This document shows, one piece after another, positions 41,606 through 53,095 of a stretch of 64,000 nt of DNA. How positions within the stretch are numbered: position 1 is the stretch's first letter; each line of letters begins with the position of its first letter. This DNA comes from Octopus vulgaris (lineage: Eukaryota), in contig OX597831.1 in NCBI GenBank assembly GCA_951406725.2, positions 6,076,001-6,140,000 on the forward strand, written 5' to 3'. Under the pieces are notes generated by a model. The model saw only the letters and a list, made by a program, of their open reading frames with translations, was not told the origin of the DNA and did no database searches. Both the position numbers and the translations under genes were made by a program.

Positions 41606-41678
<73 letters not shown>

Positions 41679-41780
41679 GGATAAATGAATTATCTTGTTA
41701 AGGATTATTCAAAATTTAACCGATCCCGGGTAGCAAAAATCACAGTAGAATCTTCGTTCAGCTCCATTTCTTCCCTTCAC

Positions 41781-41835
<55 letters not shown>

Positions 41836-42067
41836 ATATATATACATATATTTGTATATATGTGACTATATATGCATATGTGTGTGTGTGTGTGTATCTG
41901 TATGTATGGTGTAAGGGTGGCTCTGTATACTATGGCCCTATCTATCTATTTATCTATTTATCTATCTATCAACACACACATACACAGATATACCGTCCAC
42001 ACACACGCCTTATATACATGTGTTTATGTGCGCATGAGTGTGTGTGAGAGAAAGGGAGTGAGAGAGA

Positions 42068-42115
<48 letters not shown>

Positions 42116-42635
42116 TGAGAGAGAGATTCAAAGTTGTATGGTGCATAGTTCAAGGTCGTTTATCATAATATTCTTGATGATTAAACGCACTTCAGGGGGA
42201 GATTTAGATTCAGTGAAAGACCATGATGATAATTTCTGTCCTGTTATCAGCATCACTGCATTGTATCCTTAATCAAGTCCTGTGATCAACAATAGCCAAG
42301 TCCACCTAGCTGTAAAGAAGCCCCATGTACAAGATAACATTGTCAAACTGATAAGGGATTTATTTGTTTCCACTACTGACAGAAAGAAGTTACTCGATCT
42401 ATGTGTAGGGCCTCCAATGGTAAGATCTACTCTGATGCTAAACTGTATCGACACAAATCGGTTATCTTTCCCTTGAGTAAACACCAATGGTGTTGAGGTG
42501 GGAGACTCGCAAGTTTGGGAAATTCCTCGTGGGGAAAACAAAAATTGTGCAGGCATAGTTGGTGCGGGGTAAGAAGCTTGCTTCCTTTCATGCGTGTCAA
42601 TGGACTTGGAAGGAGAGAAAAAAAAATGGGATGAG

Positions 42636-42778
42636 GGAATCACTCGGCTTATCCGTCGATGAAGAGCGTGGCTATCCGCATGAACTGATGCAAATTGCAG
42701 GACCCAGTGAACATCGACACCTCGAATGCACATTGCGGCCCCAGGATCCCATTGTCCCGGGGCCCCGTTTTCAAAGTG
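42636..42778 (+). pseudogene. Dispersed, diverged 5.8S rRNA pseudogene
   Basis: ATCACTCGGCT..CGTCGATGAAGAGCG..AATTGCAGGAC..GAACATCGACACCTCGAATGCACATTGCGGCCCC..CCCGGGGCC follows the eukaryotic 5.8S consensus. No recognisable 18S or 28S flanks. Confidence 0.85.
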
Positions 42779-43195
42779 AAGGTGGCAAGCTGGCAGAAAC
42801 GTTAGCACGCCAGGCGAAATGCGTAGCCGTATTTCGTCTACCGCTACGTTCTGAGTTCAAATTCCGCCAAGGTCAACTTTGCCTTTCATCCTTTCGGGGT
42901 CGATTAAATAAGTACCAGTTACGCACTGGGGTCAATGTAATCGACTTAATCTGTTTGTCTGTCCTTGTTTGTCTCCTCTGTGTTTAGCCCCTTCTGGGTA
43001 GTAAAGAAATAGGTATTTCGTGTGTCGCTACATTCTGAGTTCAAATTCCACCGAGGTCGACTTTGCCTTTCATCCTTTTGGAGGTCGATAAATTAAGTAC
43101 CAGTTACGCACTGGGGTCGATATAATCGACTTAATCCCTTTGTCTGTCCTTGTTTGTCCCCTCTATGTTTAGCCCCCTGTGGGCAATAAAGAAAT
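42779..43195 (+). mobile_element. SINE family B dimer
   Basis: Head plus two body units. Confidence 0.8.
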
Positions 43196-43694
43196 AATAA
43201 GAAGCTTGCTTCCTAAGCACATGGTTCTGGGTTCGGTGCAGCTGCATGACACCTTGCGTAAGTGTCTTCTACTCTAGTCCTGGGTGAACCAAAGTCTTGT
43301 GTGAGGATTTGGTTGTTGGAAGTTGAAAGAAACCAATGGTGTTAGGAAGGGCTGTAGAAACCATGCCCAATCAGACTGGAGTCTGGTGCAGCTCCCCAGC
43401 TCTGGTCAAACTGTCCAAACCATGCCAGCATGGACAATGGATATTAAATGATAGTGATGATGGTGATGATTTATGTGTGATTGTACCCACTGCTGCTTAA
43501 CTACTAGTATTGGTTTGTTTACATCCCCATAACTTAGCAGTCCAGCAAAAGCGAGTAATGGAATAAGAACCAGGTTTGAAAATAAGTACAGGGGCCAGTT
43601 TATTTAACTTAAACCTTCAAAGCAGTGCCCTAGTATGGCTGAAGCAGTAAAAGATAATGGTCAACCTTGACCACCCATGTGCACACAAACATAC

Positions 43695-43898
43695 AGGTTG
43701 AGACAAAGTATATTTCCTTCAAGGGAAACTGGCTGTTGTCCATAGATGCAAGCCTCTCCATCACTTCATACCACAGATGTTTATCTAAAGGAAAGACAGC
43801 TGGTCTGGGAATGATACAGCTTTGTGCCAGTGTTATCAAAAGTGTTGCTATCAAAATGCAATGGGCCGCAACAGACACACAAGGCACTCTGCTTGACC
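43695..43898 (-). CDS. Possible coding exon (204 nt, phase 1-1) with a signal-peptide-like segment
   Basis: TGTTGCAG acceptor and GTATGT donor; open frame SSRVPCVSVAAHCILIATLLITLAQSCIIPRPAVFPLDKHLWYEVMERLASMDNSQFPLKEIYFVST; unique sequence; no homolog recognised. Confidence 0.3.
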
Positions 43899-44975
43899 CT
43901 GCAACAGTTCAGCTGATCTTCCACTCTGATTTGGTTCATTTTTATTGACTCTAAAAGCAGAGGATGTAAAGTTGACTTCAGTGTGGTTTGAACTCAGAGT
44001 GCACAGAATAATGACCTATACCCAAAACTCTAATGACTCTGTCACCTCGCTGCCTTTAACACCATTGTCCAGTCTTAAGGCAGTTGTCTCTCATCTTCGG
44101 CCACAACCACTGTTCTTCCCTTCCAATATTGTCAGTTTGTTGCACGAATTGTTCATATAAAAATTCCTGTTTCCTGTCATTTTTCCTTCTGTTTTTGAAT
44201 TTTCTTGCTGTTTCAGTGACTTTTTGAGTATTTCTGACCACAGACATTATTCTTTCTTCACTATGTACAACATAAGACACTATCAGTTCTTCTTCTCCTC
44301 CTCCTCCTCCTCCTCCTTCTTGCTACTGTTGCTACTGCCATTACCTCCACCACTACACCCCTGCCTCCACTGTCACTGTCTCTGCCTCCACCACCAATGC
44401 TGCATCTGCATCTGCAGCTGCTGCCACTACCATTGTTGCTGCAGCTGTTGCGACCACCACAGCCATTGTCACTCTTGCCATCCTTTTCATGTCCATTTTT
44501 CCATGCTTGCATGGGTCAGACAGAATCCACTGAGGCAGATTTTCTACGACCGGATGCCCTTCCTGTGGCCAATTCCCATTTATTTTACAGACAATGAAAT
44601 ATTTCCCTTTAGCAAAACATTTTTCACAGAAAACTAGAAACAGCCGACATCACTTGTATGAGAGTGGCACTTGTTTGCATTAATTATGAGAAGTTCATCA
44701 CAAACATACACAAACAACAAGCTTCTTTGAGTTTCCACTTACCAAGTCCATTCACAAGGCTTTGGTTGGCCTGTGATTATAGCAGAAGATATTTACCCAT
44801 GGTGCCACATGCTGGGACAGAACTCAGAACCATATGGTTGGGAAGTAAGATCCTTAACCACACAACCACACTTGTGCTGATAGAAGATGTTAATTAATGT
44901 CTACAATTTTTTTCAGAAAATTAGTGAAGAGTTTTGCAAATTAGGAAAATAATTTCCCCTGAAAAAAAAAAAACT

Positions 44976-45380
44976 AGGCGCAGGAGTGGCTGTGTGGTAA
45001 GTAGCTTGCTAACCAACCACATGGTTCCGGGTTCAGTCCCACTGCGTGGCATCTTGGGCAAGTGTCTTCTGCTATAGCCCCGGGCTGACCAATGCCTTGT
45101 GAGTGGATTTGGTAGACGGAATCTGAAAGAAGCCTGTCGTATATATGTATATATATATATATATGTGTGTGTGTGTTTGTGTGTCTGTGTTTGTCCCCCT
45201 AGCATTGCTTGACAACCGATGCTGGTGTGTTTACGTCCCCGTCACTTAGCAGTTCGGCAAAAGAGACCGATAGAATAAGCACTGGGCTTACAAAGAATAA
45301 GTCCTGGGGTCGATTTGCTTGACTAAAAGTGGTGCTCCAGCATGGCCGCAGTCAAATGACTGAAACAAGTAAAAGAGTAA
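44976..45380 (+). mobile_element. Young SINE family A copy in one arm of the inverted duplication
   Basis: Full-length; absent from the corresponding A/T-rich site at 48147-48170. Confidence 0.9.
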
Positions 45381-46548
45381 GCTTCAATAGAAAATGTTTG
45401 AGCTTGCATAGAAAGTTTACCTTCAAAGTTTATGAACAAAAATGTCAGATTATATCAAAGTGAGGATGTCCTTCATGACAAGAATGAGATTACAACACAC
45501 GTCAGTTTCCAGTTTTACAAAATTCTCATAGAAATATTTTGGTGTCTCAGTATTTACGTTGGTCTCCAGTCTACACTGAAGTTTGGTATTTATCAAAGAA
45601 CTGCTTGTAAGGGTCAAGAGGCCCAGCAGAATACCTGCCATGTCAGTAACCTCGCATGGCATTGGTTAGCCTGACACACAATAGTAGAAGACACTCGCTC
45701 AAAGTGTCATTGCAGTCTGTCTGAAGCTGAGATCCAACGGCTGCAAATTGAACTTCTTAACTACAGAACAATGTTGGCATCATTATTTCGATTATTGAAA
45801 CAAAAGCACAACAACATGACTGCATTTTTAATAATCTAGTCTCCCCAGTTTACAAGGGGGTACCAGGTGACTTGGCCATTGGTCTCTTGTAGAATGCCTT
45901 TTGATTAGAAAATTTTTTGTACTTTCTGAGAGTTTGGTGTCTGAGTAATTTAATGTATGCACTAATTTAATGTGTATACATACTAGGCATGGATATACAT
46001 ATATACACATACATTACACACACATACACACATATATATTTACACACATGTATCATCATTATCATCTTCATCATCATCATTTAATGTCCACCTTCCATGC
46101 TAGCATGAGTGTAATGGTTTCACAAAATCTGGCTACTCCAAAGCTTGCACCAGACTTCTGTGACTGTTTTGGCGAATGTATATATGTATATATATATATA
46201 TGTCTATTCACACACACACACACACACACATAAATCATCATTTAACGTCCATTGTCCATGCTGGCATGCTCTGGACGGTTTGACTGGGCTGGCATGCTAG
46301 AAGGCTGCACCAGACTCCAGTCTGATTTAGCATGGTTTTCTCATGGCCGGATGCCCTTCCTAATGCCAATCACTCTAAGAGTGTAATGGATGCTTTTACA
46401 TGCCACTGGCTCAGGTGCCATTTGTGACACCAGTGTGCCACAGGCATGAGTGCCAATTTACATGCACGACTGCATTTTGCTCAGCTTGATGGGTCTTCTT
46501 CTCAAGCATGACATAATGCCAAAGGTGTTGGTCATTGCCTCCTTGAGG

Positions 46549-46776
46549 CTCAGCCACTTTGCCTCCCTCAGACTCAACACTTGAAAGGAACTCAGCCACT
46601 TTGCCTCCGTCAGACCCAATATTTGAAAGGAACTCAGCCACTTTGCTTCCATGTGGCCTAATGCTTGAAAGGAATTCAGCCACTTTGTCTCCATGAGACC
46701 CAATGCTCAAAAGGAACTCGACCACTTTGTCTCTGTGTGGCCTAATGCTCAAAAGGAACTCAGCCACTTTGCCTCC

Positions 46777-46777
<1 letters not shown>
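46549..46777. repeat. 42-bp minisatellite (~5 copies)
   Basis: AAAGGAACTCAGCCACTTTGCCTCC-N17 units. Confidence 0.85.
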
Positions 46778-46807
<30 letters not shown>

Positions 46808-48499
46808 TAAATACACACATACACACACACACACACACACACTCTCTCTCTCTCTCTCTTTCCATCTATCTCCTACATGCAAACATATATATATATCTAC
46901 ACACGCAAGCACTACTTCAAACGTTGCTAGTACATTTTGTAAAGCCCAGCGAAATCCCCAACAGGCTGAGAGGCCTCAACTGAACTAATCTTTTAGCTTA
47001 GATGTTGTTTTCCCATAACTTCCGTCTCCACCCCCAGCCATCAACTCATTAACTGATTAACTCATTAACTGTGCCTCCTCTCACAACCTTAATTGCTTCA
47101 GGCTCATAATTGCAGATATTCACAAACTGTTGTTACCATAATGAACAACACTTCTTCCAAATCTCTGAACTGCTCACGGAGTCAAACTTGTCGGGTCTAC
47201 TGGCCATCAGTTGCACGAACCAGGCATTCAACATCTGTTATTCTTGTAGCTCTTTTACTAGGTTTGTAGTGAATAACATTTTCTTCTGCCGTCTTCTTAT
47301 GAGGAGGCCATTGAAATATATTAAAATTTTGGGCACAGGTGTAGCTGTGTGTTAAGAAGCTTGCTTCTGAACCACATGGTTCTGGGTTCAGCCTCACTGT
47401 GTGACACCGTGGGTGAGTGCCTTCTAATATAGTTGTCCCAGGCCAACCAAAATCTTGTGAGTGGATTTGATAGACAGAAACTGAAAGAGAAGTCGATTTG
47501 TTTGACTAAAGTCGGTGCTCCAGTATGATCGCAGTCAAATGACTGAAACAAATAAAAGAATACACACACACACACACATTAAATTGGACACCAAACTCTC
47601 CGAAAGTACAAAAAATTTTCTAATCAAAAGGCATTCTACAAGAGACCAATGGCCAAGTCACCTGGTACCCCCCTTGTAAACTGGGGAGACTAGATTATTA
47701 AAAATGCAGTCATGTTGTTGTGCTTTTGTTTCAGTAACCGAAATAATGATGCCGACATTGTTCTGTAGTTAAGAAGTTCAATTTGCAGCCGTTGGATCTC
47801 AGCTTCAGACAGAGTGCAATGACACTTTGAGCGAGTGTCTTCTACTATTGTGTGTCAGGCTAACCAATGCCATGCGAGGTTACTGACATGGCAGGTATTC
47901 TGCTGGGCCTCTTGAACTTACAAGCAGTTCTTTGATAAATACCAAACTTCAGTGTAGACTGGAGACCAACATAAATGCTGAGACACCAAAATATTTCTAT
48001 GAGAATTTTGTAAAACTGGAAACTGACGTGTGTTGTAATCTCATTCTTGTTATGAAGGACATCCTCCCTTTCATATAATCTGACATTTTTGTTCATAAAC
48101 TTTGAAGGTAAACTTTCTATGCAAGCACAAACATTTTCTATTGAAGTTTGTTTTGTTTTGTTTTTTATTTCTTCAGGGGAAATTATTTTCCTATTTTGCA
48201 AAACTCTTCACTAATTTTCTGAAAAAAATTGTGGACATTAATTAATATCTTATATCGGCACAAGTGTGGTTGTGTGGTTAAGGATCTTACTTCCCAACCA
48301 TATGGTTCTGGGTTCAGTCTCACTGTGTGTCTTCTACAGCCGCATACCAACCAAATCCTTGTGAGTGGATTTGGTAGATGGAAACTCAAACAAGTTTGTT
48401 ATGTATGTATGTGTGCATAAGTGTGTGTGTCAGTGTATATGTATATTCACATATATATATGTGTGTGTGTGTGTAAGTGTGTGTGTGTATATATATATA

Positions 48500-48755
48500 A
48501 TTTCAGCAAAACAATTAAGATTCAAATGAATATGGTACTTAACTTAGATGCACCAGAATTCTTTATGGTATTAACCATAAAAATATGTGGGGTGATTATA
48601 ACCAAGAAAAAAGTAACGAGAATGGATCAGTAATTTAGTACAATTGTTTCATACTAAGAACATTTTTATTTTGCAGCTTTAAATAAAAATGTTCTTAGTA
48701 TGAAACAATTGTACTAAATTACAAATCCATTCTTGTTATTTTTTTCTTGGTTATA
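48500..48755 (-). mobile_element. Fold-back element retaining the 3' half of a hammerhead
   Basis: Arms 48597-48671 / 48681-48755, each with GAAA-CAATTG-TA; the CUGANGA half is absent; flanked by TA repeats. Confidence 0.6.
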
Positions 48756-48798
48756 TATATATATATATCTGTAAATGTAATATGTGACAATTATTCAG

Positions 48799-48872
48799 TA
48801 GCCATGATAAAACTCTGAGTTTCGGATGCCACAATGGAAATCCACGCTGCCATCTCTTCAGTTATCTGGCCA
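48799..48872 (-). ncRNA. Type I hammerhead ribozyme motif (left arm of the 48767-49062 element)
   Basis: GGCCA-GATAA CTGAAGA GATG..CATC C GAAA CTCAGAG TT TTATC-A-TGGCT. The plus-strand twin at 48908-48968 has the core mutated to CTGAAAA. Confidence 0.7.
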
Positions 48873-49540
48873 TCGGGGAAAAAAAGGAGCATTTTTTTCG
48901 ATGGCCGGGTAACTGAAAAGATGGCAGCATGGATTTCCACCTCGACATCCGAAACTCAGAGTTTTATCATGGCTACTGAATAATTGTCACATTAACAGAT
49001 AAATTCGTCTATTTACATATCAAAGTCTCTTTCATTCTTTTGTTGTCTTACCATTTCTATCAATATATATATATATGGAAATTGTAGCTGTGATAATAGT
49101 GCCGGTGGCACATAAGAGAACCATCCGAACGTGGCCGTTGCCAGCGCCGCCCTGACTAGCTTCCATGCCGGTGGCATGTAAAAAGCACCATCCCATCGTG
49201 GCCGTTGCCAGCCTCACCTGGCCTTCGTGCCGGTGGCACGTAAAAAGCAACCACTACACTCATGGAGTGGTTGGCGTTAGGAAGGGCATCCAGCTGTAGA
49301 AACAATGCCAGATCAGACTGGGCCTGGTGCAGCCTTCTGGCTTCCCAGACCCCAGTTGAACTGTCCAACCCATGCCAGCATGGAAAGCGGACGCTAAACA
49401 ATGATGATGATGATGATGATGATATATACATATATATATATACACTTATTATTATGAGGATATATACCTCTTAAAAGGATGTTTATATGCTGAGTCTGTC
49501 AATGGTCCCTCAATCCTTTGGGATATGATACCTTTTTGTG

Positions 49541-49658
49541 TTGATTTCCAACCCTGATGAAATGTTCAATTTACTATATTCGAAATGCATCTAGAATTTA
49601 ATTATTTGGAATTTGAATTAATTGAATATAGAAACAGTTGTAAGTTATAAGAAATCAA
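49541..49658 (+). ncRNA. Type I hammerhead ribozyme motif with long stem II
   Basis: TTGATTTC-C-AACC CTGATGA A ATGTTCAATT..AATTGAATAT A GAAA CAGTTG TA AGTT-ATAA-GAAATCAA. Confidence 0.7.
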
Positions 49659-49911
49659 TGTTCAAAACTGGAGTTATGATAATTTTCTTTTTCTTATACA
49701 CACACACACACGCCCATATATACATCATCAGCCATGCTTCCTGAAACTTGCCAACACTACACCTGATATCCCCCATCACTCCATACTCCATGTATATCAT
49801 GGCTCATACACTGTTCCCTTTCCTGACTTTTGTACACAATCCTATGTACTGTACATGCACCTATGACGAGTTGTAGTGTACCTGAGCACTATACACAATA
49901 ATTTCACTATT

Positions 49912-49946
<35 letters not shown>

Positions 49947-49949
49947 TAT

Positions 49950-50345
49950 GTTATGTTTGACTTTTGCTTTACATTTGTACAAGTTGGCTCCAAGTCTCAC
50001 CCAGAGACCTCAAGAGACAAGTTGGAAGTTCATGTTGGTGTTATGTCTAGGGTGCCATATATTTCATTTTGTACATAGTGTTGTTCTAGAGAATGTTTAA
50101 GAAACCATCAGAAAATTATGTGTTTGTTTTAAAACTTGAGATTACATAGAAAGTATTTTGCGCAGGATATGGGCAGTTCCCATGAGCACTATCTTTTGAA
50201 TTTCTGCCATTTTGGGGTTTCCTGGTATCTGAGTTAGGTAGCAATCAGCCCCTTTTGCTATCATTCCCAGGGCACCCATGACAATAGATATTGTTTTAGT
50301 CTTCAGCTTCCACATTTTGCTAATTTCTATTTCAAGATGTTTATA
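49950..50345 (-). mobile_element. R4/Dong-like RLE LINE 3' fragment
   Basis: KHLEIEISKMWKLKTKTISIVMGALGMI..EIQKIVLMGTAHILRKILSM*; bounded by (TAA)n. Confidence 0.8.
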
Positions 50346-50346
50346 C

Positions 50347-50397
<51 letters not shown>

Positions 50398-50405
50398 CAT
50401 CATCA

Positions 50406-50497
<92 letters not shown>

Positions 50498-50498
<1 letters not shown>

Positions 50499-51010
50499 CT
50501 TCATAACACAGTGTAGGTAAAAAATGCACCTGAGCCTTTAGTCATCTTTCAAGTCACAGCAGGGACCTCAGACAGATAATTCTTTCCTTAAGATTTGTGC
50601 TATGCCCAGTAGGGCCACTTTTTGCAAGACATCAATCTTGTATGGGATTTCCAGTTGCCTTAAGGAATTTTGAAGTTTCAATGGGATTTTGAGTCCAGCA
50701 CTCCAATCACCACAGGTATCACTTTTACATTACCCTCATTCCATACAGTCTTGCCATTTCCACTTTCAAGTCGGAGTACTTGATGACTTTTTCAAACTCT
50801 TTACTTACAACATTCATGTCATTCGATATGGCTACATCAATGATCTGACAGCATTTGTCTCTCTTATTCAATGTGACAATATCTGGCCAACAGTGTTCGA
50901 TTATACGATCTGTCTGAAATTCATAGTCCCAGAATATCATTACATTTCCATCCTCGTGCTTAAATGTACTTGGTATATGCTCATACCAGTTCCCTGTTAC
51001 TTCATATTGG
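50498..51010 (-). mobile_element. Second R4/Dong-like RLE LINE 3' fragment
   Basis: IFWDYEFQTDRIIEHCWPDIV..CQIIDVAI..EKVIKYSDLKVEMARLY (restriction-like endonuclease); ends in (TAA)n. Confidence 0.8.
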
Positions 51011-51079
51011 TATATATATATTATTTATTATTACTATCTAATTGAACACTATGCATCCATTTCCAAGTAAGTATATATA

Positions 51080-51142
<63 letters not shown>

Positions 51143-51242
51143 TTTATTTTAAGCAGCAGAAAATTCAACAAAATCTGTTACTCTGAGTTTCTCGTTGCCG
51201 TTCATCAGACAGTTTTTGCTAAACTGTAGGTTTTTGCAAAAA

Positions 51243-51280
51243 CTGTCTGATGAACGGCAACGAGAAACTCAGAGTAACAG
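51243..51280 (+). ncRNA. Minimal type I hammerhead ribozyme motif
   Basis: CTGT CTGATGA A CG GCAA CG A GAAA CTCAGAG TA ACAG. An identical copy lies on the minus strand at 51175-51212 within perfect 78-bp arms. Confidence 0.8.
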
Positions 51281-51382
51281 ATTTTGTTGAATTTTCTGCT
51301 GCTTAAAATAAAGCATATTACTCTACCACTGGTATTTGAGTACTCTTTTTTCCACCTTGTTTCACATTTATGTGTTTACTCC

Positions 51383-51413
<31 letters not shown>

Positions 51414-51418
<5 letters not shown>

Positions 51419-52322
51419 CAATTGAGGATAAAATCTTTAAAAGAAATTATCAGTAGTCAGCGTGAAAAACCTCGTAAGAGAAAAAATCCGTAAATTCTTC
51501 CTCTTTGAAAATATTCATTTATATTATATTGAGGGTACTACTATTCGTAGATACCAACACGCTAAGAGGGACCAATGCGGTCAAAACTACTAAAAATAAA
51601 CAAAATTTTACCGAATGCAAAACTTCAAAACACATCATTTTAAAAAAGAATTCAGTTACATATCACATGTGATTTCGCATTTAATGCAGAATATGCATTT
51701 CATGTTCATCAGTGCAACAAACTCAAGAAATATAAGAGAAAAACATAACATTACAAGCTCGATAGCCAACCGTAGAATTCGTCGTAGCATGTACGAATGT
51801 TTATCTTTACATATCTATGAAAATGGCGGGCTTATTCGCAATGCATTTCGGTAATAAATTGTCTAGTCGGAATAAAAATTCAGTATTGAACTATTCCGGT
51901 GAAAAATATAAATTAACAATTGAGGATAAAATCTTTAAAAGAAATTATCAGTAGTCAGCGTGAAAAACCTTCTATTCCGACTAGACAATTTATTACCGAA
52001 ATGCATTGCGAATAAGCCCGCCATTTTCATAGATATGTAAAGATAAACATTCGTACATGCTACGACGAATTCTACGGTTGGCTATCGAGCTTGTAATGTT
52101 ATGTTTTTCTCTTATATTTCTTGAGTTTGTTGCACTGATGAACATGAAATGCATATTCTGCATTAAATGTGAAATCACATGTGATATGTAACTGAATTCT
52201 TTTTTAAAATGATGTGTTTTGAAGTTTTGCATTCGGTAAAATTTTGTTTATTTTTAGTAGTTTTGACCGCATTGGTCCCTCTTAGCGTGTTGGTATCTAC
52301 GAATAGTAGTACCCTCAATATA

Positions 52323-52330
<8 letters not shown>
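51414..52330 (-). mobile_element. Non-coding pLTR-like element: 498-bp unit, 59-bp terminal redundancy, 358-bp inverted copy
   Basis: Direct repeat 51414-51472 / 51912-51970; inverted arms 51517-51874 / 51973-52330; (TA)n on both sides. Confidence 0.85.
52129..52192 (+). ncRNA. Type I hammerhead ribozyme motif
   Basis: GTTGCA CTGATGA ACAT..AATGCA-TATTC-TGCATT..ATGT GAAA TCACATGTGA TA TGTAAC; minus-strand twin at 51655-51718. Confidence 0.85.
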
Positions 52331-52384
<54 letters not shown>

Positions 52385-52403
52385 ATATATATATATATGT
52401 ATG

Positions 52404-52458
<55 letters not shown>

Positions 52459-52479
52459 ATATATATATATATATATATA

Positions 52480-53095
52480 ATAAATATTAGGGAATAAATC
52501 CAAACTTACAGGGAAAAAATCAGATTTAGGATTGAATCCAATTTTATAGTAAAATATTATATTATATTAAATTAGAGACAAAACCACTATTAGGCAAATC
52601 ATACAATGAAAAACTTAAGCCAATACATAAGATTATTTAATTTATATTATTTAAATATATAACAAAATTATTAAAAAAATATAATTAATATATCACTACG
52701 ATCGTTTCATGGCTGCTATCTTCTTTAAATTTTCGAGTCACAGTCATTCATCAGGTGTTTTAAATATTTATCTTGGTGAGGTTAAACAATGAACAGTTCA
52801 TTTATCTTGGTGAGGTTAAACAATGAACAGTTCATTTATCTTGGTGAGGTTAAACAATGAACAGTTCATTGTTTAACCTCGCCAAGATAAATATTTAAAC
52901 CACCTGATGAATGACTGTGACTCGAAAATTTAAAGAAGATAGCAGCCATGAAACGATCGTAGTGATATATTAATTATATTTTTTTGATAATTTTGTTATA
53001 TATTTAAATAATATAAATTAAATAATCTTATGTATTGGCTTAAGTTTTTAATTGTATGATTTGCCTAATAGTGGTTTTGCCTCATCTCTAATTTA

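Larger units (their letters stand above)
44715..48400. repeat. Local inverted duplication (~0.8-kb arms, ~1.6-kb spacer)
   Basis: 45381-45955 is the reverse complement of 47578-48146, and 44715-44965 of 48170-48400. The left arm has an extra SINE. Confidence 0.9.

Noticed and set aside
42140-42500. Large-subunit rRNA-derived sequence next to the 5.8S pseudogene
   Set aside because: Only vague resemblance; no diagnostic conserved rRNA motif.
46549-46777. CRISPR-like repeat/spacer pattern (also 62035-62210)
   Set aside because: The intervening parts are homologous to each other; ordinary minisatellites inside repeats.
51615-52232. Two identical 79-aa ORFs on opposite strands
   Set aside because: A by-product of the inverted arms; antisense to the ribozyme strand; no recognisable domain.
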